This document shows, one piece after another, positions 8,530-17,874 of a stretch of 17,874 bases of DNA. Origin of the DNA: Ginkgo biloba. Taxonomy: Eukaryota > Plantae > Ginkgophyta. Position numbers and translations under genes: made by a program. The stretch is taken from positions 18,800,443 to 18,818,316 of the forward strand of contig JANKJI020000002.1 of NCBI GenBank assembly GCA_024626585.2, read 5' to 3'. The notes beneath the pieces were generated by a model that worked only from the letters and a program-made list of their open reading frames with translations, was not told where the DNA came from and did no database searches. Every line of letters begins with the position of its first letter. The first letter of the stretch is position 1.

Positions 8530-10063
8530 TACAATTCGACCGGTGAGGCCGTTTGGGATTGAAATTGGAGAGAAAATGATTGCTGTAACCGGCCGACTAA
8601 TCAGGCAGCCTACCTTAATGCTAAACGTGACTAATTATTCGAGAGGGAAATGGTCATTACAGGGTGTTCACGCTTGCCCCAGAAATTTACGCCCTGCTCA
8701 GTGGGATGTTCTCGTGATCAGTCCTGGGAAAATGCTCTGCTCAGCTGACGTAAGGAGAATGATGGAGTATATATTCGACAGGTGCAATCAGATGAATATC
8801 CGATGTTTCAGAGTGGCGCATAATCAAAAGACATATAAGCTATGGATCAATTCCACGGACTTGGAAAGCTACGATCGATTACAGAGATCTTTATTTAACT
8901 TACAAAAGGAGCACGATTTACAAAATCTGGTGTTCCTCTTCTGTATCATCGAGGGGACTGTGAGAGAATCATGCTACGGAAACTTGAAGCGTTTATGCGA
9001 GACACGGTTCGGTTGGCTTACCCAATGCTGCCTGAAAAGGCACTTGGACAGGCGTTACAAATTGTATCTGACACCTATTCCACCGGAAGATATTCCACCC
9101 AATGATCCCTACTTTGGAAACATTGCTCTCAGAGTGAATGCCAAGCTTGGAGGCACAAATACGGCATTAGATTTTCGTCAGTTATTTTGGAATATATTCA
9201 AAGACCAGCCCGTAATAATTTTCGGAGCAAATGTTACTCATCTTAGTCCAGACCAACGGCAGCGACAACATGCCAACGGTAAAGTAGCTGAGGCTGACGA
9301 TGGCGATGAAGAGACTGAAGCAGACACAGCCGGACTCCAAAGTCGACAAATACGAAAGGAAAAGATGAGGAAATCATGTGTAGCAGTTGTAGTGGCTAGC
9401 ATGAACTGGCCTAACCCAAGTCAATACTGCGCTCGCGTAGTGAGTCAAGTCGAAAATATTGGAACTAAAGTGGATTTAGGCGAAATGGTTGTCGAACTGG
9501 TTGATGCGTACATCCAAAAGAACGGAGGGAAAAAACCTACGAGAGCCGTATTCTTCAGGGACGGTGTGAGTGCGGGAGAGTTCGAAAAGTTGATAAATAC
9601 GGAATGCAAAGAGATGAATGAAGCATTGCGTTCGAAGTGTCCAGGGGTCAAGGTCACGTGGTTGATATCACAAAGGAGCCATCATACTCGATTTTTCAGA
9701 AAAGATGAGGCGGGAAAAATACGCAACGTCGAAGCCGGAACTGTGGTTGACAGTGATATCGTTCAGCGGTCCCAATTTTTTGATTTCTACCTGGCTAGCC
9801 ACACCACGTCAAGTGGCACTCTTAAGGCCACCCATTACAGTGTTCTAGACGATGAAAACGACTTCTCCGCCGATGAAATAGAAAGATTTGTGTTTAACTT
9901 GTGCCGCACCTCCGTGCGATGCGGGCGGACTGTAGCTGTTGTCCCTCCTCTTCTCTACGCCCACCTTGCTGCCTCCAATGCTCGATCTCGCTATGCAAGA
10001 ACAAGCGACATCACCGATGTTCCGCCTACCTCTGAAGTTATCGATACTATGTATTTCTGTTGA
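8530..10063 (+). CDS. AGO: Argonaute L2 (C-terminal part)-MID-PIWI, one uninterrupted terminal exon
   Basis: About 510 open codons with the MID 5'-phosphate pocket motifs (YGNLK, TQC, NIALRVNAKLGG) and PIWI motifs (GANVTH, RDGVS, HHTRFF, GTVVD, YAHLAA). It ends MYFC-TGA, the typical eukaryotic AGO C-terminus. Confidence 0.95.
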
Positions 10064-10443
10064 CAATTAAATTCGAGTTTTTAATTATATTTTGTTATTC
10101 CAAGTCGACGGTATGCCTGGCATACACAGATTCAAAATCATCCACCCAGATATAACTTAACTCAACAAAATTGCTCACACTAGAGCACGCACTCTTTCCT
10201 GCATTTCTTACAACAACAACGCTTTTCTTGAATTGTCAATCAAATATTCTTTCCTTTTGAGGACTCTTGCCCTTTACTTTAGCCTGAGAGTTAGACAAGC
10301 CATTTACATGTTCATTGAGAGAGTTTGGATTAAATTTCGTATGACGCGATATTGTTTAAATCAATGTGTCGCATTTGCACCTGTGTGAATAAATATATTT
10401 TTCTCAATCCTTAATCAATGTTAAATGCACTATATGTACTTGA

Positions 10444-10811
10444 ATTTAGGCTTATCAGCCGATTTAGATATTGTATATTCCTTTCGCATGGTTTGTAGCA
10501 CTTAATTGTAATTTCGTCAATCTGAACAAGTGCGGGGTCATTCGCATGTGCCGATACATTGACAAAAGAAAATTTCTCTGCTTTTTTAATTTGAGAAATT
10601 TTGTCACAGTATAATACATTTTACAAACTAATTGCGAAGATATAAGTACAAAATTAGCCCTCAATCCAATATAATTGTATGTAGCACTTAATTGGAATTC
10701 CATCAATCCCAACAAGTTTGGAGTTATATGCTCGTATGTGCCGAATCTGCCGATACAGTGACAAAAGGATTCACTTTGAATCAGTCACCTGTGTTTTTTT
10801 TATTGGGAAAT
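10444..10811. repeat. Imperfect tandem duplication, period ~186 bp, downstream of AGO
   Basis: TGTAGCACTTAATTG.AATT...TCAATC..AACAAGT...ATGTGCCGA..GATACA.TGACAAAAG occurs at 10494-10568 and 10680-10768, with weaker similarity on both sides. Confidence 0.75.
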
Positions 10812-11006
10812 GAGTTCCTTACATTATAGTATTGTCAAAAGCCCACAACATAAGCATAATACATGGATCAAAGTAACCCCAAATGATGTTTCAATTGACA
10901 ATAAATACCAAGTTGTTACAACTGCCTACAATACTCAAATTCTTTTTATTTTTCCCCCTTGGTATGCCTTTCAATAATCTAAACAATACAAGGTATGTGC
11001 ATTACA

Positions 11007-13920
11007 TTATCCTTCTGAAGAGAAAGAAGATGGATTGAGAGGTCTTAGACATGGGATGTGTACTAAATGGAGTGAATGGCACTAGAGTTGATATGGTGAA
11101 GGACTAAGTGAGCGAACAACCTTATAGAGGCCTAGCAATCGATGTAGTAAAATCTTAAAGTAGTCTTTAGTTGCAATGGGCAAATGGAGAGATTACGCAA
11201 TGAAGCTAAGCATAACATAGGTAAAGTACATGGTAAATGGTCATACCAAGCTTGAGCGAAGGGGTGAAAAGTATGACGATCTAACTGGCAATAGAGGATC
11301 CTAACCATACAAAGTATGAAATGGTGAGATGCAAGGGGATGCTTGCACAAAAGTATTATAGGTGAAGAGGATTGAAGACAAAAATTGGTCTTAAATCGTA
11401 TGTTGAGGATTCACATATATGGAAAGCATTTGTTTAAGTGTGGCATCAAGTCACTTAATAAGACTATTAGTGGCATGACAAAAAGGAATAGTCAATGATT
11501 GATAATTTCATAAAGCAGAAGTTACAAGTTACATGATTGAAGAAGTGAAGTTGGAACCATGATGAGAAAGAATGCAAGTAGGACAAGATTGATGATGGAT
11601 GACTATCAATAAGAACTTTACAACTTTAGTTGCATCTAATGAGAGAATAGGTTATGCTATACCTAACAAGTAAGATATTCTCTAAGAAAAATGATCCAAT
11701 GATTGCCAAAGAGTGGAAGAGAAAAAGGGCCAACAATATCATAAACCGCTAACTCAAAAGGGTAGGATATTGAGATAGGGAGTGTTGGGTAACTTAAAGG
11801 ACTAACAAGATGGGTATTGTAAAAGGGAAATAGATAGGTCATGAAAAGCCAAGGCCAAAAGAAGTATTGGTGGAGTTTTTACCATATTCCAGCAAAACCA
11901 AGATGATTGGTTAAAGTAAAAGAATGAAGGAAGGACATATAATGATATATTCATATCGAAGAAAAGATGGTATGTAAAGGCAAGGTGGTTGGCCTTTTTT
12001 AATAAAATACAAGACAATTTCAATGACTTGATAATATTGGAAAAGGGATTTGATGGCTCTAAGTGGAGGAAAATGATGTCATTCGGTTAGAATATGTTAA
12101 ACTTTTGAATTAGAGGCTTATACTTCACGAAGTCATTACAAGGACAAAAACATAAATAATGCCATAACACCTTAAATAATAATGAATAGGAGAAGCCATG
12201 GTTATTGAGAGTGATAATCCTAGAGGGATAACACCTAATGAGCTAAATGAGACGTCAATTCATTCTTAGTGAAAAAGTGAGTAGCGAAAGTATGATTAGT
12301 TTTGATAATAGTATGAGAACCATGCAAAGAGGGATGAAACTTATCAAAACACCAATCATAACAAGACATTATTTTTTAGTTGCAAAATAATTACACTCAT
12401 GGAAAGATAATGAGTAATTATTATAAGTAATGAGACAAAAACATTACCAATACAAGTTTGAAAGAGGATTTAGCCCAAACTAGTATCTGAGGCATCTATA
12501 TGAATTAGNNNNNNNNNNNNNNNNNNNNNNNNNNNNNNNNNNNNNNNNNNNNNNNNNNNNNNNNNNNNNNNNNNNNNNNNNNNNNNNNNNNNNNNNNNNN
12601 NNNNNNNNNNNNNNNNNNNNNNNNNNNNNNNNNNNNNNNNNNNNNNNNNNNNNNNNNNNNNNNNNNNNNNNNNNNNNNNNNNNNNNNNNNNNNNNNNNNN
12701 NNNNNNNNNNNNNNNNNNNNNNNNNNNNNNNNNNNNNNNNNNNNNNNNNNNNNNNNNNNNNNNNNNNNNNNNNNNNNNNNNNNNNNNNNNNNNNNNNNNN
12801 NNNNNNNNNNNNNNNNNNNNNNNNNNNNNNNNNNNNNNNNNNNNNNNNNNNNNTTTATGAAATTGTTGAAGAACGTGTCAAATAATTGAGAGGTGCTCAT
12901 GCCATATGGAAGTGAAAATGAAGATATCATTCAGATAAACTAAAACTTCACCAATATCAATCAAATATGCTAAAATAGTATTCATAAAGTGTTTAAAGGT
13001 TATGGGAAAAGTGTTTAAACTAAAAGGCATTAAAATACACTCATACAAACCATAAGGAATATAAAATGCAATTTTGTTAGCATCTTCAAGAATAAGGGGA
13101 GTTNNNNNNNNNNNNNNNNNNNNNNNNNNNNNNNNNNNNNNNCTCAGTGGCTATATATATCTCTTTGAAATTCTAAAAGTTTGATTTAATAATAAATAAA
13201 ATTCCTAAAAAATATTCACCATATTTTTTTTTATTTTAATGAAAAATATCCTAAATAAATTACTAGCAAAATATTTATTTTACTAGATTTTAGTAGAAAA
13301 TTTACTTATAATATATATATTACTTATTTTTATATCAAATTTATTAGCCAATTAATTATACTTATGAAAAATCCTTAATCCTTAAGATTTTCCTTAGTGA
13401 AATAGGAAGCCCTACTCGATCCAAAATATAATTCGCTTTGGATAAAGAAACAATATCATTGGTTGTGATATAGTTAATATGCCTAAAATCAACACAAAAC
13501 AGAATACAATTGTCTTTCTTTTTTACCAAATGAGGTTCTAAATCCCATAGACTCTTAAAAGAGTCAAATGATGCCTTATTAGGGCATTTGGGTAATACCA
13601 TACTATAATGTACAAAGGTCTTATAGTGAGTAACACTACATAAGAACTTTAATATGTAGTTGATCACTAATAGAGATATGATAAAAAATAGATTAGTTGT
13701 ATAAGTTGGCAATCCTAGAGTTACAAAATTATAGAGAACTTTTTGAGGAAGGAATGAAGCTTACTAATATGATTGAGTAGAGGAAATGGGGTTGTGGGGT
13801 CAAAATGCTCAATAGTTTATACTAATAATGAAATGAAACATGATAGTGACTCTAGGAAATATCTAAGGAATCAAATGGAAGGTCCAAGGTATGAGACAAA
13901 AGGTTGTAAGAGGTACTAAC
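11007..13920 (-). mobile_element. Decayed Ty3/Gypsy LTR retrotransposon, internal pol region (RT - RNase H - integrase)
   Basis: Hand translation of the - strand. RT N-part VKKKDNCILFCVDFRHIN (~13410-13530). RT core EDANKIAFYIPYGLYECILMPFSLN...VLVYLNDIFIF..WHEHL (12854-13102). RNase H HIDASDTSLG..ECNYFATKK..LHGSHTIIKTNH (~12280-12508). Integrase zinc-finger-like NHLGF..QYFFWP (~11800-11930). Core PFELAVYDIVGPF..GNHWI..EYLT (~11660-11780). GPY/F-like LGLYKVVRSLSP..YQL (~11085-11135). The order RT-RH-INT is Gypsy-type. A purine-rich tract followed by TGTAAT at 11006 may mark the PPT and 3' LTR start. Outer boundaries are approximate. Confidence 0.85.
13103..13409. mobile_element. Very AT-rich insertion interrupting the Gypsy RT (possible nested non-autonomous element)
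   Basis: RT similarity stops near 13410 and resumes near 13102. The roughly 300 bp between are extremely AT-rich, with short palindromic segments. One end is hidden by Ns. Confidence 0.4.
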
Positions 13921-16900
13921 CANNNNNNNNNNNNNNNNNNNNNNNNNNNNNNNNNNNNNNNNNNNNNNNNNNNNNNNNNNNNNNNNNNNNNNNNNNNNNN
14001 NNNNNNNNNNNNNNNNNNNNNNNNNNNNNNNNNNNNNNNNNNNNNNNNNNNNNNNNNNNNNNNNNNNNNNNNNNNNNNNNNNNNNNNNNNNNNNNNNNNN
14101 NNNNNNNNNNNNNNNNNNNNNNNNNNNNNNNNNNNNNNNNNNNNNNNNNNNNNNNNNNNNNNNNNNNNNNNNNNNNNNNNNNNNNNNNNNNNNNNNNNNN
14201 NNNNNNNNNNNNNNNNNNNNNNNNNNNNNNNNNNNNNNNNNNNNNNNNNNNNNNNNNNNNNNNNNNNNNNNNNNNNNNNNNNNNNNNNNNNNNNNNNNNN
14301 NNNNNNNNNNNNNNNNNNNNNNNNNNNNNNNNNNNNNNNNNNNNNNNNNNNNNNNNNNNNNNNNNNNNNNNNNNNNNNNNNNNNNNNNNNNNNNNNNNNN
14401 NNNNNNNNNNNNNNNNNNNNNNNNNNNNNNNNNNNNNNNNNNNNNNNNNNNNNNNNNNNNNNNNNNNNNNNNNNNNNNNNNNNNNNNNNNNNNNNNNNNN
14501 NNNNNNNNNNNNNNNNNNNNNNNNNNNNNNNNNNNNNNNNNNNNNNNNNNNNNNNNNNNNNNNNNNNNNNNNNNNNNNNNNNNNNNNNCCTCTGGTCAAT
14601 GCTATCTCTTGTGATTCCAAGCCTTCTAAGATGTAATCTCACCTAGCCCACACCATCAATCAAACATACATGCAAAACAAAGAAAACCAATATTGCAAAG
14701 AAAAATAAATTCAAGTATCGAACTTGCTCTAATACCAAACGATGTAATCCTGCCCATATATTGGATAAGTGAGTTGAGTGGAAGCATGTTGCAGTGGTTA
14801 CATATGAATCACCTCTAACAATTATGTCCATGTATGAGGCTGTCACAATGCTCAAGAGCCTGTTATCTATCGTATTGTGTTGTGTACAAAATCAGATTCT
14901 CAAAATATTCTACTTTTGACCTCCTCTATCATGCGTTGAACCTTTTTCCAGAGTACCGTGCCTTTTTCTAGTGCGTTGTGCCTATTACTGCCCACTATTG
15001 CAAGTTTTTCCTACAACGACATGGATTTTTCCTGCAATAGGTAAGCCCAAAGAAAGTATGGTCGCATGCTTGGTTGGGACACATGGTTGCAAGCAAAGTA
15101 CCTGCACATAAAAAGAGAACCCAGAAGACTGATATGAACAGAATAAAATACAATTATATTAATCAAATCTTTCTCTCTTATGCATCTAAGAGGAGAATCT
15201 CTTTCAAGATTGTTTTGTGCACAAGTGTGAGCATGTGTGTATACATGTATGAATCCCCTTCTCTCATGGCCTATACTTGCTTATACAACTAGGCTAGCGC
15301 CAAAAAGCATCTATATCCAAACATATGCATGCCATTCATGCTTCCACAAGTAGGACTTGTTATGCATGCAAAGATTCCTCTTGTGTGCATGGGCATATTT
15401 CTAATACAAGAGAAATGATAAATATTGTAAAAATATCCTATTCCAAATAAGAATAAATTAGGAAAAAATATATGCACACCTTTCCCCTTTTTTCATAGCC
15501 CCTCTCTTAAATCAAGCCTATATGACCTCCAAAGGGAACTAATCCTATAATCTCTTACTTGCTAGATATGTGTGCACCTAATGGCACATCAAATGATAGG
15601 GTTGACAAGAGTTGTAATTGTATAATCACATATAAATACAATAATTAGAAATATACCATTAGACAAAGTATTAGAATCCTAAAGAATACTTTGGGGTAAA
15701 TAAAATAGTGGTTTATCCTCAATCCACTCAATTAGATATTTTGTTGTAGAGCATCATTAAGTACATATGTAACCTAGACATATTCTAATGAGCCCTTGGG
15801 TGGTCGACGATTATGCTTGGTAATATAAGTATACTAATGACAATTAAATAATAATCAATGACCTTGAACGTATTATTTTGATTGTTATTTAGATGGAGTA
15901 ATATGTCCTTAATCATTTTGAAATGGATCAATTTCCATGGGCATTAGTGTTGATTGAGGGAGCAATAAAAGAGGCCTAGAAGGGTAAATGAAAGGTGATG
16001 ATGGTGTTTGCAATAGTAGACTTAATTCCAATTATTGACCAATAACTTAATCACTAACCAACGAGGTAGGTTACTAATCTCAAATAAATTGAGTAATGGT
16101 AGGATTCAATGCTAACTATAAAAATAAGATATTAATTTATTAATATGTGGTTGAGTCAGCATGTACAAAAAATTAATTAAGGTGAATACCAAATCAAGCC
16201 ATTGGTTCTTAATGACCTTAATTGAATGATCATAGTATGGACAAAGCAAACTAGATAATATCAATATTATAAAAATATTGAATGATTGCTTGGCAAAAAA
16301 GTATGAAATTTTCCTTATGGAATATAAACAAGTGATCAAAACATGAATTGGAATCTGCTACAGGTAAACAATATCATCACAATTATTTTTATTATTTCAC
16401 CCATTATAGTATAATGTTACATTTTTTAAATGATCAAGCCAATAATATATATCTTTAAAATAAACTATAAAAAAATGAGAAGGATGTGGATAAGTTACAA
16501 AAGTAGAAATATAAACTATGAAAGTAGGTGTAAAGGATGCTTTAAAATATAAAATATATCAAAGTGTCTAACTGAAGGATGATGATATATCTTCCATTTG
16601 GTACATCATATCTTGATTTTAGAAAAGAGNNNNNNNNNNNNNNNNNNNNNNNNNNNNNNNNNNNNNNNNNNNNNNNNNNNNNNNNNNNNNNNNNNNNNNN
16701 NNNNNNNNNNNNNNNNNNNNNNNNNNNNNTTTTCATCCTTTTCCTCACCTACCTTATACTTTGCTCCATTGCCTTACTTAGGTTATGGATTATTTTGATA
16801 TTTATTTTGTCTTTTATTATTTATTGTTTAAATCATATTTGATCTATTGAAAATTCCTTGTATAGTGTGAATACACTAATTTATGTTTTTTATTTTTATT

Positions 16901-17874
16901 CCTTTTGTTTGATTTAGTTTGTATTTTATGTAAATATCTGAGGGAACCGCCCATTATAATTGTAAAGGGATTCTGACTGTTATGTCTATCCTAATTTTAT
17001 GTGATCCTTTCCTCGGGCTTGGTGATCAAATACTATTTTTTCTAGGATACACAAAATATGGTCAACATATTCATAGAACCACACACAAGTGGGTAGAGAT
17101 AGGAAAAAAATCAAATAAGAAAATTATATATGCAAGTGGAAAAAAAAATTGAAAAATGAATACGTGTATAAAATAAATCAAAATGAAGTGAACTTTCTAA
17201 TTATCTTAAGTCAAAGTCACATTTTCTTTCATAAGAACACCACTTTTTTACTCCTTAAACCTTGTTTGATAAATTAAAATTAAGTTTAGGAAAAACTTTA
17301 GAAGAATTTTAAGGATTGAATCATCTGACAAAAATAAGTGAAATTGGTAAAATGGATAACAAATTTATGGCATGAATGTTTCTTACTATGCTCGAGACAT
17401 TGTGAAATGTAATAAACATGTATTAAATGAATTAGACCAAAGGAAAATGGAAAACCCTAATAATTTGAACCTACATAGGCTTGTCAATTCCTTACTAAAA
17501 TTTCTATTAAGAAAAAAAAACAAAAAAAAACTATCATTCAAGATAGCTAGATAACGTTCAAAAGAACAAAAATTGCATGGTAGGTTGGATATAACATCAA
17601 ATCATCTAGTCTATAATGATACATTTTCTATACCATGTAAGATTCCATGTATATTGATAGAATTTTTTCCTCCATGTATAATTTTTTTATCTTCAATAAT
17701 CAAATTTATGATCAACGACTACTAAAATGAGAGATGATTATTAAAGTTGTTTGAAAACTATTCCTAAAAGTTCCTATTTAACACCAAGAAGTGTAATAAA
17801 ATACTAGTGTATTCGCATTAACCCTCTCCTCTAATTTGTAATGAATTCCTGAGTAAGATATCATATTTTCTATG

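Larger units (their letters stand above)
4859..10063 (+). pseudogene. AGO: Rearranged or disrupted Argonaute locus (whole span): N-L1-PAZ1 / Q-rich + BELL insert / PAZ2-L2-MID-PIWI; AGO2/3/7-clade-like
   Basis: Argonaute motifs appear in canonical order: VKVMANHFPV, IAFDGRQSMY, GFSYSLRP..GLTLNLDVS..AF, SVLDYF..YLPCL, PMEMC.I.KGQKY, FGIEI...V.GRLI..P.L, YGNLKR.CE...G..TQCC, NIALRVNAKLGG.N, IIFGANVTH, FFRDGVS, HHTRFF, GTVVD, FDFYLASH, THY.VL.DEN, VPP..YAHLAA, terminal MYFC. In-frame stops and frameshifts lie between 6446 and 8240. Pseudogene status is inferred from genomic sequence only. Confidence 0.8.

Noticed and set aside
8462-10063. Prokaryotic Argonaute defence operon
   Set aside because: Spliceosomal introns, eukaryotic AGO motifs and C-terminus, a plant BELL fragment and LTR retrotransposon flanks all indicate a eukaryotic locus.
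5384-10066. Short overlapping or antisense ORFs (5384, 5538, 5572, 7206, 7361, 8234, 9445, 9845)
   Set aside because: Shadow frames of the real coding exons with no recognisable motifs.
11548-11571. + strand KLEP**E resembling an integrase KL.PRW.GPY motif
   Set aside because: The - strand carries a coherent, ordered RT-RH-INT series across this region, so the + strand match is probably chance.
12505-14646. Long ORFs made mostly of X (also at 1029, 2677, 3969 and 16542-16842)
   Set aside because: Artefacts of translating N runs.
14600-17874. Possible decayed DNA transposon or retroelement sequence in the right flank (and at 1700-3900 in the left flank)
   Set aside because: AT-rich and CpG-depleted like old transposons, but I could not read convincing domain motifs or termini, so no family was called.

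Overview
AT-rich eukaryotic DNA, most likely a land-plant nuclear genome, with many N runs. A CpG-retaining central island (~4.4-10.8 kb) is flanked by CpG-depleted, decayed retrotransposon sequence: a Ty3/Gypsy pol on the - strand at ~11.0-13.9 kb and a possible Copia remnant at ~0.5-1.1 kb. The island holds a divergent, intron-poor Argonaute locus that resembles the AGO2/3/7 clade. Its + strand layout is: two short 5' exons; N-L1-PAZ (copy 1), which breaks just after PAZ; an unrelated Gln/Pro/Ser-rich exon; a decayed BELL (POX) domain fragment of a BEL1-like homeodomain gene; a second PAZ (31/64 aa identical to the first) plus the start of L2; a 95-nt intron; and an uninterrupted MID-PIWI exon ending MYFC-TGA. 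The Q-rich exon, BELL fragment and PAZ copy 2 share one reading frame, broken only by TAA/TAG codons that are each one C>T change from a Gln codon. This suggests a former chimeric Q-rich/BELL-Argonaute ORF damaged by localized C>T/G>A hypermutation. Both PAZ copies have a -1 frame break at the same homologous position. The PIWI catalytic tetrad reads N-E?-D-H. All protein-family assignments come from recognising motifs by eye; no searches were run.
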